This document shows positions 48,086 to 61,112 of a stretch of DNA of 64,000 nucleotides, one piece after another. Both the position numbers and the translations under genes were made by a program. The stretch comes from Microthyrium microscopicum (taxonomy: Eukaryota). The notes below the pieces were generated by a model. It ran no database searches. It saw only the letters and a program-made list of their open reading frames with translations, and was not told the DNA's origin. The stretch covers positions 2,057,530 to 2,121,529 of the forward strand of contig MU004238.1 of NCBI GenBank assembly GCA_010405405.1, written 5' to 3'. Every line of letters starts with the position of its first letter. The first letter of the stretch is position 1.

Positions 48086-50719
48086 GCCTGGAGAACGGTT
48101 AGCTGGTGGTTGAGGAACGGTTACGTAAGCTTGACGTTTACGCTATAATAACGGTTAATACTCCAACGGATTTCGCAAACATGCTAAGTAATAACCGTTT
48201 AAAGCTAATAACGGTTTGTAATAGTAAACGTTTATAAATAATAAACGTTTAGCGCCTTACAAACGCTTAATAAGCTAAATTTTAGACTAACTAGATTTCC
48301 TCAATACAACGCTTAAATTTACCCTACCACGCTCTAGCGCTACTACCCTACTTACTTATACTAATTAATAAATTAAGATTAGGATAAGTAATTATATTCT
48401 ACTCTACTACTATACCTTATAGCCATTACATTATATTCCACTATATTACATAATACTATAATTAATTTAATTATAGTATCATATAATATGCTAAATCCCT
48501 ACTCTAGAACCCCTTTCCATACTCTTAGACCTCCCTAAATTTTAATTACTACTAACAACCCCTTCTTCTCTCCTTTTAGACCTCTTAATACTATAGTAAG
48601 ATAGTAATAGCTCTAGAGTATATAAGGATAGCTATAAAGGATAGTATCTTTATTATTATATAGTTAGAAGTAAGCTAGTTAAAAGAGATCCTACTTATAA
48701 GCTAGCGTACTATAAAGTTTAAGGGTTAAAGGAAATACTACTTACTATCTAGGCGTTTTAGACTAGATCTTCATTAGAGCTCCTCTCGTAGAGTAATATA
48801 GCCTTTAGAATTAAAGGTAATAGAATAAAACATTAAATTAAAAAGACGAGCAATTTTAGAAAGTTCGTAAAGTAATTTAAATAAATAGAAATAAATCTCT
48901 AGATTCTGGCAAGTATAGCAATATAAATATTATATCTAGCTAATAGCAAGAAGCTAAGCAATTAGTTAGTAATGTCTTATATTATAAGACACTTTAACTA
49001 TCTAAGGTCTATAGCAACTACTACTAGAAACTCCTAAAAAGTAGATAATATAAATTAGACGATTATAAAGAACAAAGATCTTAAAAAGATAGAACTCATA
49101 GACCTTTATAAGTTAAGTAACAACTACTATTAGTTAGGCTTTGCCTTAAGGAGGTTATACTATAGATACTATAAATAAAGCGTTAGAAATAATTAAAATT
49201 AGTATAGAAAGTAAGAGAGAACTTATCTAAATATGCTCTATAAGTTTAAGATATTTATAATTAAAGCCTATAGAGTTATGGTTAGTAGTTATAATTAGGT
49301 TAATATAGAATATATATATTTTACCATATAGTTAAAGAACTAATAACTAGTAACAGCTCTAGAAGTATTATTTAGTAAGAGGAGACGTAGTTTATTATAT
49401 ATAACTTACCTTTATAATCTAGAAGCTTTCATTATATAGGACTTTCTACTATTATACTTAGTTAGTTAGGTATTTAAATTACTCTATGTTACTAATATAT
49501 ATAGGTATAAGGATCAAACTAAATAGCTTTAGAATAGAGTAAACTAAAGAGAAGGCTCTAAGCAACGTTATAAAGATCTTAAGGTATAATTGCGAGTAAG
49601 GATAGTACTATAAGGCTCTATAATAGAGGTTAGTATTGCTTTATACTAAATAGGACATACTTATAAATAGCTATCTAGTAACGTTAAAAAGACCTATTAA
49701 AACATTATTAGCTATATCATATTAGTACAAATAATATACCTTTTAAATTTAAAGTATGCTAGTTAATAGATAGTACTATAATTTATTAATATCTAATTAA
49801 TATAGAGTAGCTAAAAAGATATAATATCTAGTACTTATATCTTATAAAAGCAATGTGGCATAGCTTTTCTATATATATAGAAAGATAGGTTAGCTTTATA
49901 AGAGTATATATAGTATTAATTTATATATATATAGTGCCTTAGGTATAAGCCTACTACTATAAGAGAGAGTCTATAAAATATATTAATTTTAGTATATATA
50001 ACTGCCTAGAGTAGCTAGTAATAGATTAAGAAATACTTAAGTAGTACTAGAGTACTTAGATAAGGTACTATTATCTATAAAGGTTAGTTAGGATATTAAT
50101 ATAGCTATTAGAGGACTTAATAGTATAAAAGACGTATAGGTCCTTATAGAGTAGAAATTAACTTATCTACGAGTATATCTTAATTACTTAGATAAGTCTT
50201 AATATAAATTAAAATGCCACTAAGGATTAGAACGTTAAGAATAAATAGAATTTAATAAAAAAGAGGAGATAGAAGATAAAATAAAGTTAGATTTAGAGGC
50301 AAGTAGATAGGTGTGCTAGAAAATTTTTAGATAGAAAGAGTAACTACGCTATGCAGATAACTCTAATTTCGTTACTTTAATATATTTAGGTTAGATTTAA
50401 TGCTCTTTATAATAGTTTAGACTATTTAATTAGTAATAATACTTGTTTTTTCTATCTAGATTAACCTAAAGACGATTAAAAGCAGCTAATTGCTATATAT
50501 TTTAGCCTACCATAGGGCCTATTATTAACTTTCCTTTCTACAAACTACTCTATTATATTACTATTATATATTAAACTACAATATATTTATAAGACTATAG
50601 TTAAACGTAAATAACATAATATTATTATCTTAATACTTTTTTTAACTATATTAGGAATTCTATTAATACCTAGGGGTCGTAGCACTACTATACTTTATAT
50701 AAAGCTAAAGTCCTAGTTA

Positions 50720-53700
50720 ATATATAGATAACCTTATATCTTTACATTGCTATTAGATAGTTCTAAGCATAAATTGTCTTTAGTCTTAAATAGTAGAAAG
50801 TATAAGAAAGTTAAAGAGACATTTTAAAGACTAATAATCTTAGTTATAGCGTTACCTTAGTTATTAAATTGTTAGCGTAGAATAGCATAACTAGTAATAG
50901 GATTAACTTTATTAGTAGCCTTAAGAACTTTAATAGAGAAAAAGACATAAGGGTACTTAAAGGCTAGATTATAAATAAGTACTTATTTAATAATGCTATA
51001 CTTTATACTATAGTAAAGAACTCTATCTCTACAACTAAAGATTATATAACGCTTAGATTACCTAAACACTATTAGTTATAATATATAGCTATTAAAGATG
51101 CTAAAGTACTTATAGATTAGTAAAGGAGATAGATTTACTTTAATATAGAGTCTTAAGAGGATTAAAGTATATACTACGCTTCTTATAGTTAGTCTCATAT
51201 GCTTTAACTAGTTAGTCTTTAATTAGAAGCTAGCCTAGATTAGCTATATTAGTATAATAAAGAAGATTATAGTCTTATTAAGTAGACTCTTATATTAGTG
51301 CTAGTAATACCTTAATAGCATGATGATTGTTAGTCGTTATAATATTACTTTTAAAGATCTATCTATACTTTATAACTTTAACTAAGTTAATATATGACTA
51401 TTATTTAGACTTTAGGAGAAGATAAGCAAAGATAATTAGCTTCTCTATATAGAGATCTTAGAGTATCTATATAATATAAGGCGCAATATTTTGTATAGCG
51501 CTATTTAGTATAAAGTATAAAGAATGCTACTTAGCTTTATAAATTAATAGATCTTAATTAGAATTACGCTTATTTATTTTGTAAATTATATCTTTCTAGT
51601 TATAATGCTACTTCTTACTAATAAATATAGTAATATTACTAGAGTTAATATACTATTTAATAATTATATTACTATATAGTCCTATATAAAAGTTAGGACG
51701 CGATTTAACTTTATGATACTTTGTAGCCTTAATAAAATTTAGCTTAATAACTACTAGCTTATTTGCTCTAGTACTTATAGGTATAGGTAGAGGGAACATA
51801 AAAGATAGTAAAATAGCGCTAGGTAATAGTATAGAAGTGCTAGCACTAGGAGCAAGACTTATACTACGACTATAGCTTCCTACTTAATTAGTAGAATAGC
51901 TAAAGCTATAAGGATTAGTAGTATAGGTAAGAGCTATAGCTTTATAAATCTTCTACTAGTATAGATAAGCTTTAATCATTATATTATAAAAGTTCTAATA
52001 ATCATTATAGCTAATGCGGTTAGTAAGATGTAGTAGATTTAATTTTGTAATGACTAAGAAGATATAGGCTATAATAGCTTTAGTGAGGATATCTCTATAT
52101 ATATAGTAACCTAGATTAATCTCGTCTTAAACTAGTAGTAAGAACTCTAAGACTACTATAAAGCAAAAGAATCAATTAAGATAATCTATACGTAACTATA
52201 GACGGCTTATGCCTACTATAATAATTAACTAACGACTATATTCTTAAAGTATATAACTACCTAAGTAATAAATAGGGTTCTAGATATAACTTTAGCTTAT
52301 AGGAGATAAGAAGGATTTAAGGGCATTACTATATACTAACTAGCTTAATAAAAGAAGCATTCTATTTAGAAAGTAGTTATAGAGAAGGTTTGTTAGGCTA
52401 TTAAGCTTAGAGTAGGCTAGGTCTAATAGCTAAGAGGTTATAAGATCTAGCATAGGCATAAGTTAAGAGATTACGACTTAAGATAGGATTTATAGTCTTA
52501 AAGTAGTAAAATATACGCCCTAAGCACTAGTTTCTAGGAATACTATATATTCTTATATCTAAATAATCTTATCATAATAGTGACCTTAATATATCGTATT
52601 AAACTTAATATTATTATGTTCCTAAGCCTTAATATTATAGAAATAATACGCCTTAGTAGAACTAAGTACTTAAAAACTAGAGTTCTAATGCTATTAAAGC
52701 ATATTGCTAAGAAGGTAATAAACCATAATACATAATCTAAAGTTATTACTATTTACATCTTTTATAATAACTCTATGTTTAAGGGCTATAAAGTAATAAA
52801 TAATAGTATCTATAATGCTATTCATCTTACTACTATGTAGGCCTAATGTAAATAGAAGAACGTTAGCCTATTATAATTATTCTATAAATAAGAGACTAGC
52901 TAGTATAAAATAGAAGCTAGTTATAGTATGATGCATATTTTAATATAAACTAAATCTATCTATAAAAAGATTAATAAGAATTAATTATATTAGTATGTCT
53001 AATAAGTAATAATTCTTCTTAAGGAACTTGTAGCTATAGTAATAGATCTTAAGCTCTATGCGTAGAATAGTACATTAGAAGTATAAGTATAAGCTATGCT
53101 TAGGATAATAGATTTAATACATAAACGTGCTATTAAGACTAAAGACTAGCTAAACTACTTGCTCTTAGCTATGACGAGGAACTAGAAGAGGAATATTAAG
53201 ACTAAATTTATTATTAAAATAGAAACGTCTAGTAGGTAATGCTTTAACTAAAGTATAAATAGCGACATTTACTAGTACGTAGATAATAGTAGTGTTATAA
53301 ATAAACTACTCTAGTTTGCTAGTAGTAATTTTTAGTAAGAATAGTCTATAAGCTAGAAGACTATTATTATCTTAGCTAATATTAAGAACGCCTAATTTAG
53401 GCTCTAACAAGTAGGTCTTCTTTTTAGTATTATACTTAGACTTTAGTTACTAAATACTTTTGTTATAGGCTTTAACTTAGATATATTAAGCTACTAATAT
53501 TAAGAAGGTTTATTAATTATTACTATAAGTCTAAATTATAGACCTATAGATAAGCTCTTTAACCTTAAGAATTAGAGTACTAGCTAGATATTTAAAATTA
53601 GTAGTAGTACGAAAGTCTTTACTAAAAGTAACAACAAGTTCTATATAGCTTTAACTAGGTCTATCGCTAGAATAAACGTTATAATTTACTTTATAATAAG

Positions 53701-54860
53701 CACAATAAAATATAATTACGTTAGAAGGGAAGACTAGACGAGCTTTAACCTTATTTAATAGATTTATAAGCTTAATTACGTCCCTAGAAGTAGCATAAAT
53801 TAATAAGGCCTAGGCATCCCTATGCTATAGTTCTTATAGTTTATCTACGAACTTAGCTATACCTATATAAAGCTTTTTACGCATTTCTAGGCTTTTTGTA
53901 ATAGTAGCAAAAAGATTAATTAGATTAATAAAATATATATAATTAGGCAGAGGAGCTTATTGCTTATTCTTTTATTTTAACTACTAGGTTAGAAGTTTAG
54001 TTTAATTTAACTCTAGCTTTATATAGCAAAGCTAGAAAACTAGAATATGCTTATTAACGTGTTACTTTAATATACCTAGTATTATAGGAAGAGATTTAAG
54101 CTTAGGAATAATACAATGTTTAAGTAGCTTAAGTATAGTAAGTAAGCTAAGATAGTTTTAATAAGACAATCTAGCGTCCTTAACCTATAATCCTATAGCT
54201 AACTTAAATTTAGTAATCTTATAAGTTATAAAACTATAGAGATAAGGTAATAGTTTAGATAGATTATCTTTAATAGGCATACGTCCTAGTAGAGTCTCCT
54301 TATTAGAGGTACCTAGAGTAATAGGCTTAATTTCTTTGTCCTTATTATTAGAAAGATTATTATACGTAGCATTAAGGTTAGTAATCTTTGCTAGCTCTTA
54401 AATAGTAGATTTATCTAAAGTCATAAGATTACCTAAGTCTTTAACCGCTAGGTCATTAATCTTCTTAATAGATAAGCCTTATAGCTCATTAAGCTAAGAA
54501 ATAATCTAATCTAAATTCTAAGCAAAAATTAGTATAGAGAAGGGCTAAGGAGGAACTATACTTATAAGCTTTATAATATTAACTAGTTCTTTTTCTATGC
54601 TTTCTAATATACTATCTATAATATTATTATTATCATTAAATAGAGGTTTATTATTATCTTCGCCTATAGGTATATTAATATTATTACTATCTATAAACAT
54701 TAGCACGTTATTATCTTTATTATAAAGTTATAAATTAAAAGTAGAAAGCTAAGTTAGAGGTAGTATAATAGATACTACTAGTATATTTTAAAAACCTTAC
54801 TAATACTTAGTAGGTAGAGGAGGCTACTTAATAATTAGATAACTTTATTAAGACGCTATG
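50720..54860 (-). pseudogene. RIP-inactivated EnSpm/CMC-type DDE transposase (boundaries approximate)
   Basis: Reversing C>T/G>A gives LFIDGFGLYRNMHH..TGFYF.PAGL...ANV.P.TLGPHGS (~52970..52830), LGDMPQQ..NSGF...CRFC (~52710..52650), DPAHSE (~52423..52406), RPNFHxGLH (~51700..51675), GEKQH (~51619..51605), in the expected order. Confidence 0.82.
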
Positions 54861-57800
54861 CTAATAGTCTTAATAAGAAGATCTATAGGTTAAACTATAT
54901 ACTATAGTATAAGAGTTAGTATTAAAGCTCTATAGGTAAGCCTAATCTAATTAACGCAACGCGACAAAAATTAACGACGTAGTATAAAAGATTAAGTTCT
55001 TAGCGATATATATACTATAGTATTATATAACAATTAGAGTAAGTAGTTAATTATAAGTTAAATAATAGGATATTATCTTAATAATTAAAGACGAACGAGT
55101 TTAGTAGTAGTTATAGAGAAAGAGGTAGAGTAAAAGATTTTATAAGTAGTAGATGTAGGGTTTATAGTTTATACCCTACTAGTAAATCTTCTAACTATAA
55201 AGCTAGCATAGACTATAAATAGAGATCTCTATATATATTTCTAGATTAACTTTCATTTAATTATTTACGCTATTATAAATAATAAGTATAATCCTATAGT
55301 AAAAAATAAATAGAAAGTTAGAAGCTATATAAGAGACAAAGTATATATTTATATTACGTTTACGCATACTTATAATAGCTATATAATTATAGTTCTCTAA
55401 TTATAAATATATTATACCTTTGCGTAGTATTTTAATATACTAGAATTTATAAAAGAGATAATAAGAAGCTAGTAATAACGTAAGACTTTATATATTTTAG
55501 TAAGTAGATATTATAAACATTATTTATAAACTTAAATAACTTACTTATATAAACTATAATTAATTGCCTATATATATAATGTCTTCTCCTTTATAATTCC
55601 CTAAGTCTAGTAACTCCTCTCTACCTCTTCTAAGTAGTCTATTAAGCACTAGGGCTAGTTTAGCTAGACTAGGTCTAGGTTATCTAGATTTTATAGATCT
55701 TATAGCTATGTTTAATAGCGTACTAACTAGTAAGTATAAAGATTATAAAATTGTACTAGTAGTTAATTATTATAGCTATAGTAGCTATTACTCGCCTCTA
55801 AGAAGTAATGAACCTAGTGTTAGTTACCTTATTATTACTAGTAGATATAGTAATTATGTTATTAAAAGCCTACGCGTTTAAAGTATAAGTTAAGGAGCGC
55901 GTTATAAAAGAATTAATAGACGTAGAGATAGAGGTAGAGAAAGATAATACCTAAGATAGAGAATTAGTATAATATTAGCCTATATAGATATAAAATAAAG
56001 TTACTTACGCTTATTAATAATAATATTCTTATAGTATACTAAATACTTAACCTATTACCTTTCCTAAATAGAAAAGTAAGCCATAAGCTACTAGATATAT
56101 TAACTAGTTTATTATTAAGCCTAATTATTACCTTTAATATTAGCTATTATTACAAGTTTGCTAATATGCTTACTAGAGGCTTTCTCTTTAGTGTATATAA
56201 TATAGGTAATATAACGCCCTATATTAAAGTTAAAGTTAAAGCTAAAGATATTAAAGAGAAGAATATAGGTATAGATAACCTAGAAGTAGTAGATAGGATT
56301 AAATCTTAAAAGATTTATAGTATAGATAGATAGCACTTAGTAGCTAGCGTACTCTTTAGTTAATTTAATAAGGTAGCTAAATCTATAAGTCTATAGTTAG
56401 TAAATATACTATACTAATCTTAATAATATTAGTATACTAATCCTAGTAAATAGTATAAAGGCTTATATATATACAATACTAGCTAGCTTAGACTACTTAG
56501 AAAGTAGACTAAGAGTTAAACTAAGGGTTAAATTATAACCTAAATTAAGAGTTAAACTAGGCAATCTAAGTACTTAATTAAGACCCTATATTACTATATA
56601 TAGTAAAAGAAGATCTAGTAGTATAGTAGGAAGCACAAGAGAAGAAGTAAGCATTATTATTATAATAAATAAAAGCTAAGATGTTATTAATATTAGCTAT
56701 TATACTATAAGAATAATAAAAGAAAAGTATATAAGCATATAAAGAAATATATAATATAAGGTTAGTAGGATTAAAGGAGGTAGGTAAGTAAATAAATAGT
56801 AAGTAAAGAAGGAGTATAAGAACATAGAAAGAGATATATAATAAGAGGTTAGCAAGATTAAGGAAGATAAAAATACTAACTCTCTAGTTCTTTAGGGGCG
56901 ATAGTTATACTACTATAAAGACTAGTAATATCTAGTCTTTTTATTATAACTCTACTACTACTAGATTTACTAGTTAACTATATAAAATCGCACAAAGTTA
57001 AGCTATTAAAGAAAGCATAACTAGGTGCTAAATTCTAGTAGGCAATTATAGCCTTATTAGCTACTATCTTAGCGCTAGAATCTATAGCTAGGATATATAT
57101 AGCAGTCTTATATACTAGATTAGTAAAGAAAGCTAAAAACATTAATCTATAGTTATAATATATATATTAAGTATATATAGCTTACTTTTAAGGTATCGCT
57201 AAGCTAGTAGCTTTAAGTTTTTAATATTAATATACTTATCTATAAATTTAAAAACTTTAAAAAAATTTATAGGAGTATAATTTTACTATAATTAGGCTAT
57301 TAGGCTAGCTAAAGACTCTAGAGAAGAAATAAATAGTCTAGGATGTTAACTAAGATAGTTAGTTATATAGATCTACATTATATATATATTAGTAAATTTT
57401 ATATATAATAGTAAGTAATAGATTAAAGTTAGAAGCAAGGTATAATAAATAACTAAAAGATTAAAGCTATAGTATACTATGCTATAAAATAATATAGCAT
57501 AATAGCATAGAATAGAATAAAGAGACATAAAGATATAAATATATAATAATATTAAGAGTTTATGATAGATATATTTACTTATATTTATATTTTTATAGGT
57601 AGCATTACTAAAACTATATATATTTAAGTCCTAGAGCTAGGCTACTTAGGCTTAAGGAAGGTTTTTAAGGCTATATTTCTTAGATAGCTAAAGTTCTTTA
57701 AAAACTTTATTTTTAAATATTTTATTTGTATATATAAGCGTATAAAAACGTATTTAATAGGCTAAAAGTTTTATTTTATGGGCTATCTTATCTATAGAGT

Positions 57801-58993
57801 TAATCTATATACTATAATTAGCTTACTATTACTTAAACTTATACTACTATCTATATAATACTTTATTTTAGTAAATATTAACTATTAACTAGCTATATAT
57901 ACTCTCTATAACGAAAGATAGCATTATAGGTAGTAAACATAGTTAGTAAGTTAATAGTTACTAAAGCAAAGTATTATATAGATAGGTAGATAGATTAATA
58001 GTCTAGATATAGCTTACTTTTAGTATAATTATAGTATTAGCGTTATCTATGCTACTAGTAGTACCTAGGTAAGTATACTTCTTTACTTACTCTTCTTTAA
58101 AAGTAGTAAGAGTAGCTAATTGTTTCTTATTAGTCTAGTAAGGGATTAGGGCGCTAAGTATAATATAGAGTTTTTCTTTATGAGCCTATATAATATATTA
58201 GATAAATACGCTAGTATTAATTATATACTTAGAAGATTATAATAGTTATAGTATATAGTAAGAACATTAAAGCATAAGTAGAATAATGTATAAGAGTCTT
58301 AAGCAAGATATAGTAATAATTAATATATATATAGTAGTAGAGTAGAAAAAGATAATTATAATAGCATATATATATAAATAATTTAAAATATAAGTAGATA
58401 TATAAATATAGATATAATTTACTTAATTTAAACTTAAACTATATAACTTACTTTTACCTAATTAACCTTAAGAAAGGCTACGAAAAGAGCTAGATTAAGC
58501 TTAATATTATTACTAACTTCTCTAAAGCCTAATATAGTAAAGAAAACGTAAAAAAAAGGGTAGTAAAAATAGGAATTTAATAACGCGTAAAATAAGGTAG
58601 TAGGAGTATATAGGCAGTATAAGACAAAATTGTATTTATTATCGTAATTACTTTAAAATCTATATCTATAGTTTTAACCTTTAGAGTTAAGGTTATTGCT
58701 AGCTAATATTATAATATACGTTTATAAGTACTAAGTAGTTATGATTAGTTAAGGTTAGCTAATATAAACTACTAACTATATATAGCCTTTAATTAACTAA
58801 TAATACAATGCTAAACGTTTATTTGTATGTAAACGTTTATCTCTCTTAAACGTTTATAAATCTTACGGTTCATAAACCACAATTTCTTATAAACGTTTAC
58901 AAACGCAAACACTTATAAATATCCACGTTTACTCGATTTTACCGTTGACTAACAGAACTATCGTAACAACCGTTGATGAACCACCATCTAGTT

Positions 58994-59012
58994 CCATAGA
59001 CCGCCGCTAATG
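58994..59012 (-). repeat. Right terminal inverted repeat (19 bp)
   Basis: CCATAGACCGCCGCTAATG is the exact reverse complement of the left TIR; followed by TG (59013..59014). Confidence 0.95.
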
Positions 59013-59220
59013 TGGTTCAGAGGTTGTATGTACCAATTTTCCGTGCTACTTTCGAAGCACCTCTAATATCAAAGAGATACCATTTCGAATGTCTTTCCAA
59101 TCAGAATCTCTCATAATAGTAATTATTCTATTTTGCGTCTACATAACACCATATATTCGCATCAAATATCGCTATACGCTAATCTCAACGCTCAACAAAT
59201 TAGAGTAATCAACAACCAAA

Positions 59221-61112
59221 TCAAGCCACAACATCTTTGCGACCATCTACCTCTCTCAAATACTGTCTCGCCACAGGAACTTGGAAATGCTTGCGTCCAC
59301 TAATCGCATAATGGAGCATAGATCCAACAATGACCAATCCCAATAGTGGTCCTGCATAGTTCATGTTCTGTGCTGTCACTGGCAAGAATTGTGGGAATGG
59401 CATCCAGGTAATAATATAGAAAAGGTAACACAGCGAAAGAATATTGCAAGGGATTCCCCATTTGCCTAGGCTGAAAGGTCCATATTCGGGCCTTGCTCCG
59501 TGTCCTAGTTTGCGGATGAGAATGAAGAGGATGGGTAGCACGTAGGATACGGCGAGACCCAGAGCTTGAAGGGAGATGATGGCGTTGAAGGCGGTGGAGG
59601 AACCGATGTAGATCAGAGAGAGGAGGAAACTGATCACACCAACGAGGATGAGAGCGTTGACTGGGAGTCTAAGAGTTGGGTGAAGCTGTGGAAAGGTTAG
59701 TGAAGCACTGGCAGAGCGACTATAGACTTACGTAGGCAAAGTGGCGGGAGAATGGGAGCCCCTGGTCCTTTGCGAACACCCAGATCAGTCGCGAAACTGA
59801 AGCGAAAGCATTGAATAATGCGCCAAAAAGGACGAGAGCGGGCATGACCACGAGGAAGTTGGTGGCTGATTTGGAGCCGGTTGCTTCGTAAAAAACTTCG
59901 ATTAGAGGAAGTGCAGTTGGCGTAGACATGACCTTGGTAACGTCGCCGATGCAGTAAAGAACAGTAAGAACAAATGCGAAGAGCATGATAGAATTGCTGA
60001 CAGCAGCAATGATCATACTTCTTGGCACTCTAGTCTCGACTTTTTTAACTTCGTCACCTATAGCGGGTTAGTTATTTGAACGTGGAAAGCGATCCGAGAA
60101 AACAAACTCATGTGAAGAGCTCCATCGAAGCCTAAAAAACTGGTTAGCTATTGATTGCAAAACTTCTTAGTAGTTCTTACCGAGTACAGAAAAGCTGATG
60201 GTCAAAAGTCCAAGTCCCCAGGCCACCCCTTTGTTTTCCCAACCACTTTGATCATTCGTGAGCGTGTTCCATACGTAGTCGTTGGTCGATCTCCTGGCCA
60301 AGGCAGCCAAAACGATGATGGAGACCAAGAAGAAGAGCACATGGAATATGCCGCCTACAGTCTCAAGTACGTTGAGTAGCTGTTTAAAGTAAAGATTGAA
60401 TACGAATGGAACGATGATGAGTCCCCACATGATCAATGTGGTGTGCCAGCCTTTTGGTGAATAGCCATCATAGTTGAAGATGGCAAGACTGGTGATGATG
60501 TTGGAAATGATTGCTGGAGGCCCAGCAGCGGCTATTATCCATGCGAAGATGGTGATCCAACCTGGTCATCTGTTAGTCTAGAGTTCTGCAAAATGCTTTC
60601 AAGCTGGTAGAGATACCTTGCAGCAGTCCAAAAAATCTAGGAGCAAAAGGCGCGAATCTTGCCGACCATCGATATTGAGCTCCTACTGATGGATCCCTGG
60701 GGTGCGTTAGCAATACTCCAACGAGGCGATCGGAGATATTGTCCATACATTGAAGACAACTCTGCCAACGAGCAAGCGACAAAGGACGCGCCAAAGCCAA
60801 CAAGTATGCACCCGTAGATCATTGATGAGGGACCGCCATTGTACAGGGCGAACTGGAAGGTGACCGCGAAAGCCTCCCAACTACAAAGTACAATGAATGT
60901 GAAGTTGACAATCGCTGGTAGGTTGATATATCGCTATATGAGAAATTAGTCTTTGAATCTATGAAGATCACGACAAGCTTGGACCAGGATCAATTGCTTA
61001 CCTCGAGCATCTGAGGAGCGCGAGCATCAACGACGGCCTCATTCGAGGTTGCGACATTGCCATACTCCTTGTTAGGGAGCTCGTTATCGTTGGCCATGAC
61101 AACGTCTTTCAT
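59221..61112 (-). CDS. APC-superfamily amino acid/choline/GABA permease (multi-exon)
   Basis: SWEAFAVTFQFALYNGGPSSMIYG, SLAELSSMDPSVGAQYRW, GFDGALHMSDEVK (via 24-nt exon 60108..60131), SVSRLIWVFAKDQGLPFS, NMNYAGP. Confidence 0.9.

Larger units (their letters stand above)
48067..59012. mobile_element. RIP-mutated ~10.9 kb CMC (EnSpm/CACTA-like) TIR DNA transposon
   Basis: Perfect 19-bp TIR CATTAGCGGCGGTCTATGG, TG on both outer flanks, subterminal repeat arrays, TpA-saturated interior with abrupt boundaries, transposase relic on the minus strand. Confidence 0.9.

Noticed and set aside
49320..49700. YNLP (Tnp2-like) or GHTH (MULE zinc-finger-like) readings
   Set aside because: They fall in different frames, lack supporting neighbouring motifs, and depend on arbitrary de-RIP choices.
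50800..51320. Plus-strand relic ORF inside the transposon
   Set aside because: Better explained as the antisense of the transposase C-terminus; RIP removes TGA so every frame looks semi-open.
48070..59009. Academ-type element with TAG...CTA termini
   Set aside because: Inverted identity extends 3 bp further out (CAT/ATG), no 3-4 or 9 bp TSD is present, and the transposase motifs are CMC-like.
48067..59012. AT-rich block as centromere, NUMT, LTR retroelement or Starship
   Set aside because: It is bounded by TIRs, shows RIP dinucleotide bias and carries a DDE transposase relic. I saw no mitochondrial genes, LTRs or tyrosine-recombinase captain.
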